A stretch of 64,000 bases of DNA from Candidatus Micrarchaeota archaeon (GTDB taxonomy: Archaea; Micrarchaeota; Micrarchaeia; Micrarchaeales; CABMGC01). Positions 27,409-34,796 of this stretch are shown here, one piece after another. The position numbers and the translations under genes are program-made. How positions within the stretch are numbered: the first letter of the stretch is position 1; every line of letters starts with the position of its first letter. The notes beneath the pieces were generated by a model. That model worked only from the letters and a program-made list of their open reading frames with translations, ran no database searches and had not been told where the DNA came from. The stretch covers positions 74,449 through 138,448 of the forward strand of contig JAWDMB010000001.1 in the NCBI GenBank assembly GCA_046536795.1, read 5' to 3'.

Positions 27409-28542
27409 GTGTTCATAAAAGATGCAATATTTGGTAATATAGAACTAACGCCTATAGAGTCAAAGCTCCTTGATACACCAGAGATGCAAAGGCTCAGATA
27501 TGTTAAGCAAATGGGCCTGGCTTATCTTGTCTATCCAGGGGCTACGCATTCAAGATTTGAACACTCACTTGGCACAATGCATATTACTAAAGTTATAGCC
27601 AAAGAGATGGGCCTAGAAGAGGAAGAGGTTGAAATGCTTGCAGTTGCTGGCCTACTCCACGACGTAGGCCATGGCCCTTTTTCACACGTCTCTGACCCCA
27701 TACTCAAAAAATATTTACACACAAATCACGAAGAGATCGGTAAAAAATTAACGACTAAAGGCAAAATAAAAGAAACCCTAGAAGAGAACGGCTTAAATAC
27801 AAAGGATATAATTAAAAGACTCTCGGGAAAATTAAATGGCGAGATAGTAACCGCTTCTCTTGGCTCGGACAGGCTTGATTACCTTTTAAGAGATGCATAT
27901 TATACTGGCGTAACCTATGGTATTATAGATTATCAGCAGATAAAGAGCAAGATGGTACTTTATAGACACCACCTAGCAGTATATGAGCAGGGGCTGCATC
28001 CTGCAGAGTCGCTTCTTCTGGCAAGATATTTCATGTCGACCGCTGTTTATCACCACCATGCTGTTGTTATAGCAAACAATATGCTTGAAAAAGCAGTAAG
28101 GCTTGCAATTGAAAATGCTGAGCTTGGCATCAAAGAATATCCTTCTCTGAAGGATTTTGAGCTTATAACAAAGCTCACAAACTCGAAAGCATCAAATAGG
28201 CTTATTGCCAGACTGCTCGAAAGGAAACTATTCAAAAGGATATTTGTTGGGAGTATAGAAGCTGCACCAGAAATAAATGAGATTGAAAACACTATAATTA
28301 AATATTCAGGCCTAAGAGAAGATGAATTTATTGTAGTTAAGGATAAGCAAAAGTTCTTAACAGAAAAGATACCTGTTTTAAACAGAAATAAAAAGAGGCT
28401 TGGGAATGTCGAAGATCTATCCCCAATTATAAAGAACTTAGAAAAGGAGAGAGAAGATTTAATAATTGCATCTGACAGAAGAAATAAAGAAAAAATACTT
28501 AAAGCAATTAAAAGGTTAGATATAAAAGTGAGAAAGTATTAA
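27409..28542 (+). CDS. HD-domain phosphohydrolase (dNTPase/SAMHD1-like)
   Basis: 377 aa. HSRFEHSLGTMHI, AGLLHDVGHGPFSH and DRLDYLLRD. GTG start abuts the upstream stop. Confidence 0.8.
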   Translation: MFIKDAIFGNIELTPIESKLLDTPEMQRLRYVKQMGLAYLVYPGATHSRFEHSLGTMHITKVIAKEMGLEEEEVEMLAVAGLLHDVGHGPFSHVSDPILKKYLHTNHEEIGKKLTTKGKIKETLEENGLNTKDIIKRLSGKLNGEIVTASLGSDRLDYLLRDAYYTGVTYGIIDYQQIKSKMVLYRHHLAVYEQGLHPAESLLLARYFMSTAVYHHHAVVIANNMLEKAVRLAIENAELGIKEYPSLKDFELITKLTNSKASNRLIARLLERKLFKRIFVGSIEAAPEINEIENTIIKYSGLREDEFIVVKDKQKFLTEKIPVLNRNKKRLGNVEDLSPIIKNLEKEREDLIIASDRRNKEKILKAIKRLDIKVRKY

Positions 28543-28568
28543 TATAAGCTTAAGTAAAAATAACACTT

Positions 28569-28643
28569 GGGCCCGTAACTCAGCTTGGTCAGAGTGACTG
28601 GCTCTTAACCAGTAAGTCAGGGGTTCAAATCCCCTCGGGCCCG
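28569..28643 (+). tRNA. tRNA-Lys (anticodon CTT)
   Basis: Hand-folded cloverleaf: acceptor GGGCCCG/CGGGCCC, anticodon stem ACTGG/CCAGT, loop CTCTTAA, T-arm AGGGG-TTCAAAT-CCCCT. A T-run follows. CCA is not encoded. Confidence 0.9.
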
Positions 28644-28748
28644 TTTTGAACAAAAAAAGAATTAAGAGCTATTTTTTCTATTTATTTTTATTTATTCTAC
28701 TCTGTAAATAGGAATATATTTATATTAAACCGTGCATAATTTTAAGTA

Positions 28749-29474
28749 ATGGTGATACTTATGCCTGATTATTATAAGCAAGTCCCAAAAACGAAAATCC
28801 AAATAAAAAATAAGCACGAGATAGGTAAAAAGGCTAAACTCGCCAGACCTAAAAAAATAACTAAGAAGATTACGAAGTCTAAACCGGCTTCAAAGGCTAG
28901 GCATATGCCTATTAAAAAAGCAGATAATAGAACAAAAACCGCAAAGCAACAAAGTGCAAAAAATGCTGTAGAGACTGTAAAGTTTATCGATGAGATGGTA
29001 AATAATAAAGATTTCTCTGATTATATAATAAAGAATGTTGGAAGAAAAGCAATAGATGTATTATCTACCCTTAATGAACCTTTGAGCGACGAAGAGCTTG
29101 CAAATAAGCTGAATATAAAGATAAACGAAGTGAGAAGGATTCTTAATACCCTTAATACCTATGGAATAACAAAATATGATACTTTCAAGGATAAGAATGG
29201 CTGGCTTACCTTCAAATGGTATATTAACACAGACAATATAGATAAAGTAAAGAAAAACATTTCTGAAAGCAACAAACTGGCTAAATATAAACTGCCTGAT
29301 GATTGCAATGACTTCTTCATTTGTGATACGTGCTTTGAAAAGAACAAAGTTATTTTCCCTTTTGACACTGCTGTTGAGATGAAGTTTAAGTGCGATTGCG
29401 GTGGAAATCTCGTAAGAATAAGCAAAGAGGATGCTCAACGACTTATAGAGAAAGGGGACACTGTTGCTCGTTAG
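28749..29474 (+). CDS. tfe: transcription factor E (TFE alpha) with Lys-rich N-terminal extension
   Basis: 241 aa. Winged helix (GRKAIDVLSTLNEPLSDEELANKLNIKINEVRRILNTLNTYGI) and a Zn-ribbon region (FFICDTC...KFKCDCGGNL). Preceded by ~75 basic residues. Confidence 0.8.
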   Translation: MVILMPDYYKQVPKTKIQIKNKHEIGKKAKLARPKKITKKITKSKPASKARHMPIKKADNRTKTAKQQSAKNAVETVKFIDEMVNNKDFSDYIIKNVGRKAIDVLSTLNEPLSDEELANKLNIKINEVRRILNTLNTYGITKYDTFKDKNGWLTFKWYINTDNIDKVKKNISESNKLAKYKLPDDCNDFFICDTCFEKNKVIFPFDTAVEMKFKCDCGGNLVRISKEDAQRLIEKGDTVAR

Positions 29475-29480
29475 CCCTAT

Positions 29481-29555
29481 AGCGAGGTAGGGTAGCCTGG
29501 AGTGCCCGCCGGGCTCATAACCCGGAGAACGATGGTTCAAATCCATCCCTCGCTA
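29481..29555 (+). tRNA. initiator tRNA-Met (anticodon CAT)
   Basis: Acceptor AGCGAGG/CCTCGCT with an A1:U72 pair. Anticodon stem CCGGG/CCCGG has three G:C pairs next to the loop CTCATAA, an initiator hallmark. T-arm GATGG-TTCAAAT-CCATC. Starts 6 nt after the tfe stop. Confidence 0.9.
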
Positions 29556-29720
29556 ATTAAGGGGCTTCACTTCCACTATTTTTAAGACTTCTTAATATTA
29601 TTAATGACTGAGTTTTATTAAGAGATCACAATGCAAATAAAAAAGGTAGAAGATTAGTGGAAGTGTAGGGTCTATTAACTTATTTTTATACTTTTTTATG
29701 AATAAAAATAATGAGATAAA

Positions 29721-30194
29721 ATGGAAGAGATAACGCCAGAAGTAATTTTCAGCAAGCTTCAGGCAGAAAGGAAAACAGGTGAGCTTCTCCCATTGCCTGT
29801 AGATTTCTACGAGCAGATAGACAAAGAAATAGAAAATCTAAAGAAAAATCCAAGCATGGAAAGCAAGCAGTATTTGGAAAACTTTATGAAATTAGTAAAT
29901 CAGCTTAAAGAAAAGCGCATGCAAAAGGTTTTAATATATCTTGCTTATAATAAACAATTACCACAGCCTATACCAAGGTTTGAGGAAAATTTGTTTAAGA
30001 AAATAAAAGCAATAATTAACGAGGAATCAAAACCTTCGCAGGTAAAAAGAATAAAAATAAACTTAGATATACCAGAAATAATAACACCAGAGGGTAATAA
30101 GATAGGTCCTTTCTCGAAAGATCAAATAATAGAAATAGATGACAGCAAAGAAATTGAATATATACTTCAAAACAAGATAGGTGAATTGATTTAG
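29721..30194 (+). CDS. putative GINS subunit (Gins51/Gins15-like)
   Basis: 157 aa. The N-terminal pattern IFSKLQAERKTGELLPLPVDFYEQIDKEIENLKK and RMQKVLIYLA resemble the archaeal GINS A-domain, followed by a small C-terminal B-domain-like part. Assigned from memory only. Confidence 0.45.
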   Translation: MEEITPEVIFSKLQAERKTGELLPLPVDFYEQIDKEIENLKKNPSMESKQYLENFMKLVNQLKEKRMQKVLIYLAYNKQLPQPIPRFEENLFKKIKAIINEESKPSQVKRIKINLDIPEIITPEGNKIGPFSKDQIIEIDDSKEIEYILQNKIGELI

Positions 30195-30212
30195 CAAGCA
30201 AGAAGTGAGATT

Positions 30213-30497
30213 ATGAAAATGCCAAAAGAAATAATGGCTTACTGCCCATATTGTAGAAAGCACACTTTGCATACGGTAAAGCTTTATTCAAAAAAGCCAG
30301 AGAGATGGCTTAATGTAGGTAGGAGAAGGCACGAAAGAGCAATAAGAGGGCATGTAGGTAGTGTCGAGCCAAAGCCTCACACCAAAAAATTGGGTAAAAA
30401 GCAGAAGGTTATACTTACATGTACTGTATGCAACAAGTCTGTAGAGCGTGTGCTTGGTGGCGGCAGAACAAAAAAGAAGCTTGAAATAAAGCGCTGA
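30213..30497 (+). CDS. rpl44e: 50S ribosomal protein L44e (eL42)
   Basis: 94 aa. YCPYCRKHTLH...CTVCNK zinc ribbon and a basic composition. Confidence 0.9.
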   Translation: MKMPKEIMAYCPYCRKHTLHTVKLYSKKPERWLNVGRRRHERAIRGHVGSVEPKPHTKKLGKKQKVILTCTVCNKSVERVLGGGRTKKKLEIKR

Positions 30498-30501
30498 TCA
30501 A

Positions 30502-31263
30502 ATGATACGCCCAAAAGAGCTTCCTGAAAACGGCGAGCTTGTTATAGTTAGAATAAAGAAGATAATGCCTTTCGGAGCATACTGTGATTTAATAGAATAT
30601 AACCTAGATGCATACCTACCTATAAAGGAGGTTGCGCCCGGTTGGATAAAAAATATACACGAATTCATAAAAGAAGGGCAGCAGCGTGTCGCAAAGGTTG
30701 TGTTTGTTGATCCTGAGAAAAAAGCTGTCGATTTATCACTCAAAAAAGTGAGCCAAAAAGAGGAAAAAGATAAGATAAGTCAATACAATCTTGAGAAAAG
30801 GTCTGAAAAACTTTTTGAACAGGCCCTTAGCGAATCTAAAAAGGAAAATAAAAAAGAAGAGATAAAAGCTGCTCTTGCACAGAAGTTTCAGAATTATTCT
30901 GATGTTATAGATGCAATAGTAAACGGAGAAGACATAGGAACAATAGATCCAGAATTCAAAAATAAGTTTATTGAGATAGTAAGAAAAAACATTAGACCAA
31001 AGAGGTATAAAGTCAACTACATTGCAGAGATAGAAGATTATGATACAGAAAGAGGTATAGATATTATCAAAAGCGCATTGAACAAAGTAAAGGCTTTGGG
31101 TGTAGAGGTTTTATATCTTGGTGCACCCCATTATAAACTATCCGCAGAAGATACTGATTACCATTCCGCAGAATCAAAAATAAAAAAGGCGGAAGAGATT
31201 TTAAGAGAAGAGATAACTCAAGGTTTTGTTGAACTTAAAAAAATGGAGAGCGAATCTGAATGA
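30502..31263 (+). CDS. translation initiation factor 2 subunit alpha (aIF2-alpha)
   Basis: 253 aa. N-terminal S1 domain (ELPENGELVIVRIKKIMPFGAYCDLIEYNLDAYLPIKEV...VDLSLKKV), then helical and alpha-beta domains. Confidence 0.9.
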   Translation: MIRPKELPENGELVIVRIKKIMPFGAYCDLIEYNLDAYLPIKEVAPGWIKNIHEFIKEGQQRVAKVVFVDPEKKAVDLSLKKVSQKEEKDKISQYNLEKRSEKLFEQALSESKKENKKEEIKAALAQKFQNYSDVIDAIVNGEDIGTIDPEFKNKFIEIVRKNIRPKRYKVNYIAEIEDYDTERGIDIIKSALNKVKALGVEVLYLGAPHYKLSAEDTDYHSAESKIKKAEEILREEITQGFVELKKMESESE

Positions 31264-32015
31264 AAGGCTCAAAAATATACTATAAAAAAGTAAAGCTTAA
31301 CAACCCTATTTTAATAGTGGGGCTACCCGGCATTGGTAGTGTTGGAAGCCTAGTTGCTGAACACCTTAAGAATAAGCTTAAGGCAAAGAAGTTTGCTACT
31401 TTATACTCTTCTTCCTTTCCACATCAAGTGATAATGCTCCCTAACGGGAAAAGTAGAATGGTAAGCAACAGGTTCTACTATTGGAAGAACACAAACAAAA
31501 AAGGAAGCGACATAGTAATACTTCTTGGTGACACACAAGCGGTTACCCCAGAAGGCCAATATGAGGTTAACGAAAAAATAGTAAGGTTCTTCAAGTCTAT
31601 AGGTGGCAAAAGAATAATAACTGTCGGCGGGTATAACATAGCTGATCATTATGTTCAGAATCCGAGAGTTTTCGGTGTTGCAACAACAGATGAGCAGATA
31701 AATAATTTGAAAGAAAAGGGCATTATATTTGGTGTTGCAACCGGTACCATATGGGGTTCGGCAGGTCTTATAATAGAATTTGCAAAGAAGCATAAAATAG
31801 ATGCGGCATGCTTGATGGGAGAAACCGGATTAGTAGACGTAGATGCAAATGCTGCAAAAGCTGTTTTAGAGAAACTTTCTTCTATACTTGGAATAACCAT
31901 AGACCTTTCAGATTTAGAATCTGTTAAAAAAGAAACAGAGAAGCTGATGAAGTCAATAGAAGAGGCTATGAAAGGGGCGGAACCTTCAAAGGAAAACATG
32001 ACATATATAAGGTAA
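31260..32015 (+). CDS. PAC2-family proteasome assembly chaperone-like protein
   Basis: 251 aa. NPILIVGLPGIGSVGSLVAEHL is the PAC2 N-terminal pattern. Overlaps the aIF2-alpha stop by 4 nt. Confidence 0.7.
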   Translation: MKGSKIYYKKVKLNNPILIVGLPGIGSVGSLVAEHLKNKLKAKKFATLYSSSFPHQVIMLPNGKSRMVSNRFYYWKNTNKKGSDIVILLGDTQAVTPEGQYEVNEKIVRFFKSIGGKRIITVGGYNIADHYVQNPRVFGVATTDEQINNLKEKGIIFGVATGTIWGSAGLIIEFAKKHKIDAACLMGETGLVDVDANAAKAVLEKLSSILGITIDLSDLESVKKETEKLMKSIEEAMKGAEPSKENMTYIR

Positions 32016-32067
32016 GCCTAACGAATAAAAATACTTTTTCTATCTATTTTATTATAATGCACTAAAT

Positions 32068-32152
32068 GCGCTAGTGATCTAACCTGGTTACGATACGAGC
32101 TTCCCAAGCTTGGAATAAGCTCGCAATCCGGGTTCAAATCCCGGCTAGCGCA
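32068..32152 (+). tRNA. tRNA-Gly (anticodon CCC) with putative 11-nt intron (32107..32117)
   Basis: Acceptor GCGCTAG/CTAGCGC with discriminator A. T-arm CCGGG-TTCAAAT-CCCGG. Anticodon stem CGAGC pairs perfectly with GCTCG only after 11 nt at position 37/38 are removed. Loop TTCCCAA. Confidence 0.7.
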
Positions 32153-32826
32153 AGAAGGACAAAAGAAATAAGAAAGCCTGAGAGAGCGCATGCTAAGTTG
32201 GTTGTAAATTTGTTTCCGAAGCCCTTTTCTTCGTAATAGCCCAGGAGAGAATCAATAATATTGCCCATATAGCCTGAGAAAAGAACTATTATAAAAGCAA
32301 CGAAGTTTGGGCTTATAATAAAGCTGGTAAGTGCAATTAATAATGCAGCAACGAAGCTTGTAGCCAAGCCAAGCACTGTTACACCACCAGAAGTTCCTTT
32401 CTTTATTCTCTTGAGTGTGAGCAGCATAATGGGAGTACCGTCAAGAACACCTATCTCGCTTGCAAATTTGTCTGCGGTTATTGAAGCTATGCTAGCAATA
32501 TAACCAAGGAGAAGGATTTCTTCAAAAGATTTATGGGCAAAGTAAAATAGTATCACAACAAAGAGCGGTACCAAGCCATTTGCAACAACATTCTTCCAGC
32601 CCCTAGACTTTTCATATAGGCCTTGTTCTTTTTTCTTCTTTTTGCCGGCGTTTGTTGCTATAGCGGAGAGAACAAGAAACAAGAGAAGAAGGGCTAGAAA
32701 GAACAACCCTTCGCTACCACCAAAATAAAGTATAAGCACAGCAAGAATAAGTGCAGCGACAATTCCCTTTTCGTCAAGCGTGAGTAAGAGCAAGGCATCA
32801 CTTTCCATATTTTTGAAAAATTCCAC
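32134..32826 (-). CDS. DUF92 (TMEM19-like) integral membrane protein
   Basis: 230 aa, polytopic. SRGWKNVVANG, TADKFASEIG and TSGGVTVLG are DUF92-like motifs. The last 19 nt overlap the 3' end of tRNA-Gly on the opposite strand. Confidence 0.65.
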   Translation of the reverse strand: MEFFKNMESDALLLLTLDEKGIVAALILAVLILYFGGSEGLFFLALLLLFLVLSAIATNAGKKKKKEQGLYEKSRGWKNVVANGLVPLFVVILFYFAHKSFEEILLLGYIASIASITADKFASEIGVLDGTPIMLLTLKRIKKGTSGGVTVLGLATSFVAALLIALTSFIISPNFVAFIIVLFSGYMGNIIDSLLGYYEEKGFGNKFTTNLACALSGFLISFVLLALAGI

Positions 32827-32884
32827 TAAATGGAAACATTTTTAAATCTGTACTGTTCTATATTAAATACGGGTTCTCTACTGT

Positions 32885-32945
32885 GGGAAGGGTAAAACTG
32901 GTCGCCTTGCCAGCGCATGCGAAAAAGCGCTGGCCTCTTCCTTTT
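32885..32945 (+). ncRNA. candidate small structured RNA (GC-rich hairpin plus T-run)
   Basis: 8-bp perfect stem GCCAGCGC/GCGCTGGC (32909..32916 / 32927..32934) with a 10-nt loop. GGAAG/CTTCC outer pairing, followed by CTTTT. A TATA-like CTATATTAAATA lies ~30 nt upstream. Confidence 0.25.
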
Positions 32946-33069
32946 AGTTTGAATTTAGCTGAAAAGAAATAAAAATCCATGATATAAGGTTGGCTTACTT
33001 ATTAAGCCCCTTATAGCCATTCAAAAGAGTTTATATTTCTTATTTTTCAATATCTATCTAGTTGGGGGT

Positions 33070-34020
33070 ATGGCTAAAGAAAAGAACATAAAGGATTTAG
33101 AAGACCTTCCTGGTATAGGTGCAGCAACAGCAGAAAAGCTGAGAGAAGCAGGTATTGATACTATAGAGAAGATTGCAACCTCTTCGCCTCATGATCTCTC
33201 AGATTTGACAGGTATAAGTGTTGATGCGGCAAAGAAGGCAATAGATGCGGCAAAGCAGGCAACAACTATAGAATATGAAACAGGTAAGGAGGTTTTTGAA
33301 AAGAGAAAGGCTCTCGGTAGAATTACAACAGGTTCTAAGAGCTTCGACGAGCTTCTTGGTGGGGGCGTAGAGACCAATGGTATTACAGAGATATATGGTA
33401 GGTTTGCTTCTGGAAAAACACAGATAGGCTTTCAGCTTTCTGTCAATGTGCAACTTCCTGTCGAAAAAGGCGGGCTTGAAGGCAACGTTCTATTTGTTGA
33501 TACTGAAGGCACTTTCAGACCAGAAAGGATAGCAACAATGGCTAAAGCGGTTGGCCTTGATCCAGAGAAAGCACTTCAGAATATTTTTTCTGTTAGGACT
33601 TTTTCTACAGAGCAGCAGATACTTACAATAGAGCGAGCAGATAAGCTAATCACAGAGAAGAACATTAAGCTTATTGTTGTTGATTCGCTTATGGCACTTT
33701 TCAGATCTGAGTTTGTCGGAAGGGGTGCATTGGGAGAAAGACAGCAAAAGCTAAACCAGCACCTGCATAAGCTGCAGAGCATAGCAGATAAATACAATCT
33801 TGCGGTTTATGTAACAAACCAAGTTATGGACAACCCATCAATACTCTTTGGCGATCCGACAACACCAGTAGGCGGCAACATAATAGCTCACGCCGCTACA
33901 ACAAGGCTTTATATAAGAAAAGGCAAAGAGGATAAAAGAATCATAAGGCTAGTTGATTCACCAAACATGCCAGAAGGCGAATGTGTAATAAAAATAACAC
34001 CAGAAGGAATAAGGGATTAG
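33070..34020 (+). CDS. radA: DNA repair and recombination protein RadA
   Basis: 316 aa. N-terminal HhH (LEDLPGIGAATAEKLREAGI), Walker A GRFASGKTQ and Walker B LIVVDS. Confidence 0.95.
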   Translation: MAKEKNIKDLEDLPGIGAATAEKLREAGIDTIEKIATSSPHDLSDLTGISVDAAKKAIDAAKQATTIEYETGKEVFEKRKALGRITTGSKSFDELLGGGVETNGITEIYGRFASGKTQIGFQLSVNVQLPVEKGGLEGNVLFVDTEGTFRPERIATMAKAVGLDPEKALQNIFSVRTFSTEQQILTIERADKLITEKNIKLIVVDSLMALFRSEFVGRGALGERQQKLNQHLHKLQSIADKYNLAVYVTNQVMDNPSILFGDPTTPVGGNIIAHAATTRLYIRKGKEDKRIIRLVDSPNMPEGECVIKITPEGIRD

Positions 34021-34028
34021 GTGTTGGT

Positions 34029-34796
34029 TTGCTTTTTTTGGTAGGCTTGGGTTTATGTGAAGGCGATATTTCGGTGCGTGCAATTGAGATAGCGAAGAAG
34101 GCAGATAAGCTTTTTCTTGATCCATATACAAACAGAATAAGCAGCAACTACATCAATTACCTTGAAAAGATTCTAGGCAAAAATATAGCAAAGCTCAGCA
34201 GATCTGATTTAGAAGAAAATGCAAAGGCAACAGTGGATTATGCAAAGAACGCAACTGTGGTAATCTTTGTCATGGGCGATCCACTTATAGCTACTACCCA
34301 CCACACCATAATTGACATTGCACATAAAATGGGCATAGCTGTTAAAGTCATTCACGCTCCCTCTATATTTACAGCCGCGATTGGTGAGAGTGGCTTAGAT
34401 ATATACAGGTTTGGCCCAACCACAACAATACCTTTTTGGAGTAATAAGTATAAGCCTATTTCTTTTATAGATGTAATAAGCAAAAATCTTCAAAACAATC
34501 AGCATACTCTTGTTCTTCTTGATTATAATTACAAAGAAGACAGGGCCATGAGCTTAGGCGAAGCAATAGATCTGCTAAACAAAGCACAAGAAGAGAGGAA
34601 GATAAACATAATACAAAACATACTTGTTCTTGCGGATGTTGGTAAGGAGAACGAAGAGATCGTTTATGCAGATATTAATACCCTTTCTAAAATCTCAGAA
34701 AGGTTTAAGGGCAAGCTAATATCTTTAATAATCCCTTCCAATCCGAATTTTGCAGAAGCAGAATCTCTTTCAAAATATGCTATCTCCAGTATCTAA
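34029..34796 (+). CDS. dphB: diphthine synthase
   Basis: LFLVGLGLCEGDISVRAIEIAKKAD, MGDPLIATTH and VIHAPSI motifs. I prefer the TTG at 34029, just after the radA stop, over the ATG at 33981 inside radA. Confidence 0.85.
   Translation: MLFLVGLGLCEGDISVRAIEIAKKADKLFLDPYTNRISSNYINYLEKILGKNIAKLSRSDLEENAKATVDYAKNATVVIFVMGDPLIATTHHTIIDIAHKMGIAVKVIHAPSIFTAAIGESGLDIYRFGPTTTIPFWSNKYKPISFIDVISKNLQNNQHTLVLLDYNYKEDRAMSLGEAIDLLNKAQEERKINIIQNILVLADVGKENEEIVYADINTLSKISERFKGKLISLIIPSNPNFAEAESLSKYAISSI

Noticed and set aside
32068-32152. Alternative readings of the interrupted tRNA: no intron with a 15-nt variable region, or excision of other 11-nt frames giving anticodons CAT or CCT.
   Set aside because: The 15-nt region cannot form a variable-arm stem. 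That reading also uses a weaker G:U-containing anticodon stem. The alternative excisions have no bulge-helix support. Only the 37/38 excision gives a perfect 4-bp central helix and a perfect anticodon stem, and C2:G71/G3:C70 with A73 fit Gly identity. This still needs computational or experimental confirmation.
32885-32941. H/ACA guide RNA interpretation of the GC-rich hairpin upstream of radA.
   Set aside because: The internal loop is strongly asymmetric (18 nt versus 2 nt), so it is not a two-sided pseudouridylation pocket. No ACA or ANA box follows the lower stem, and no K-turn or K-loop signature is evident.
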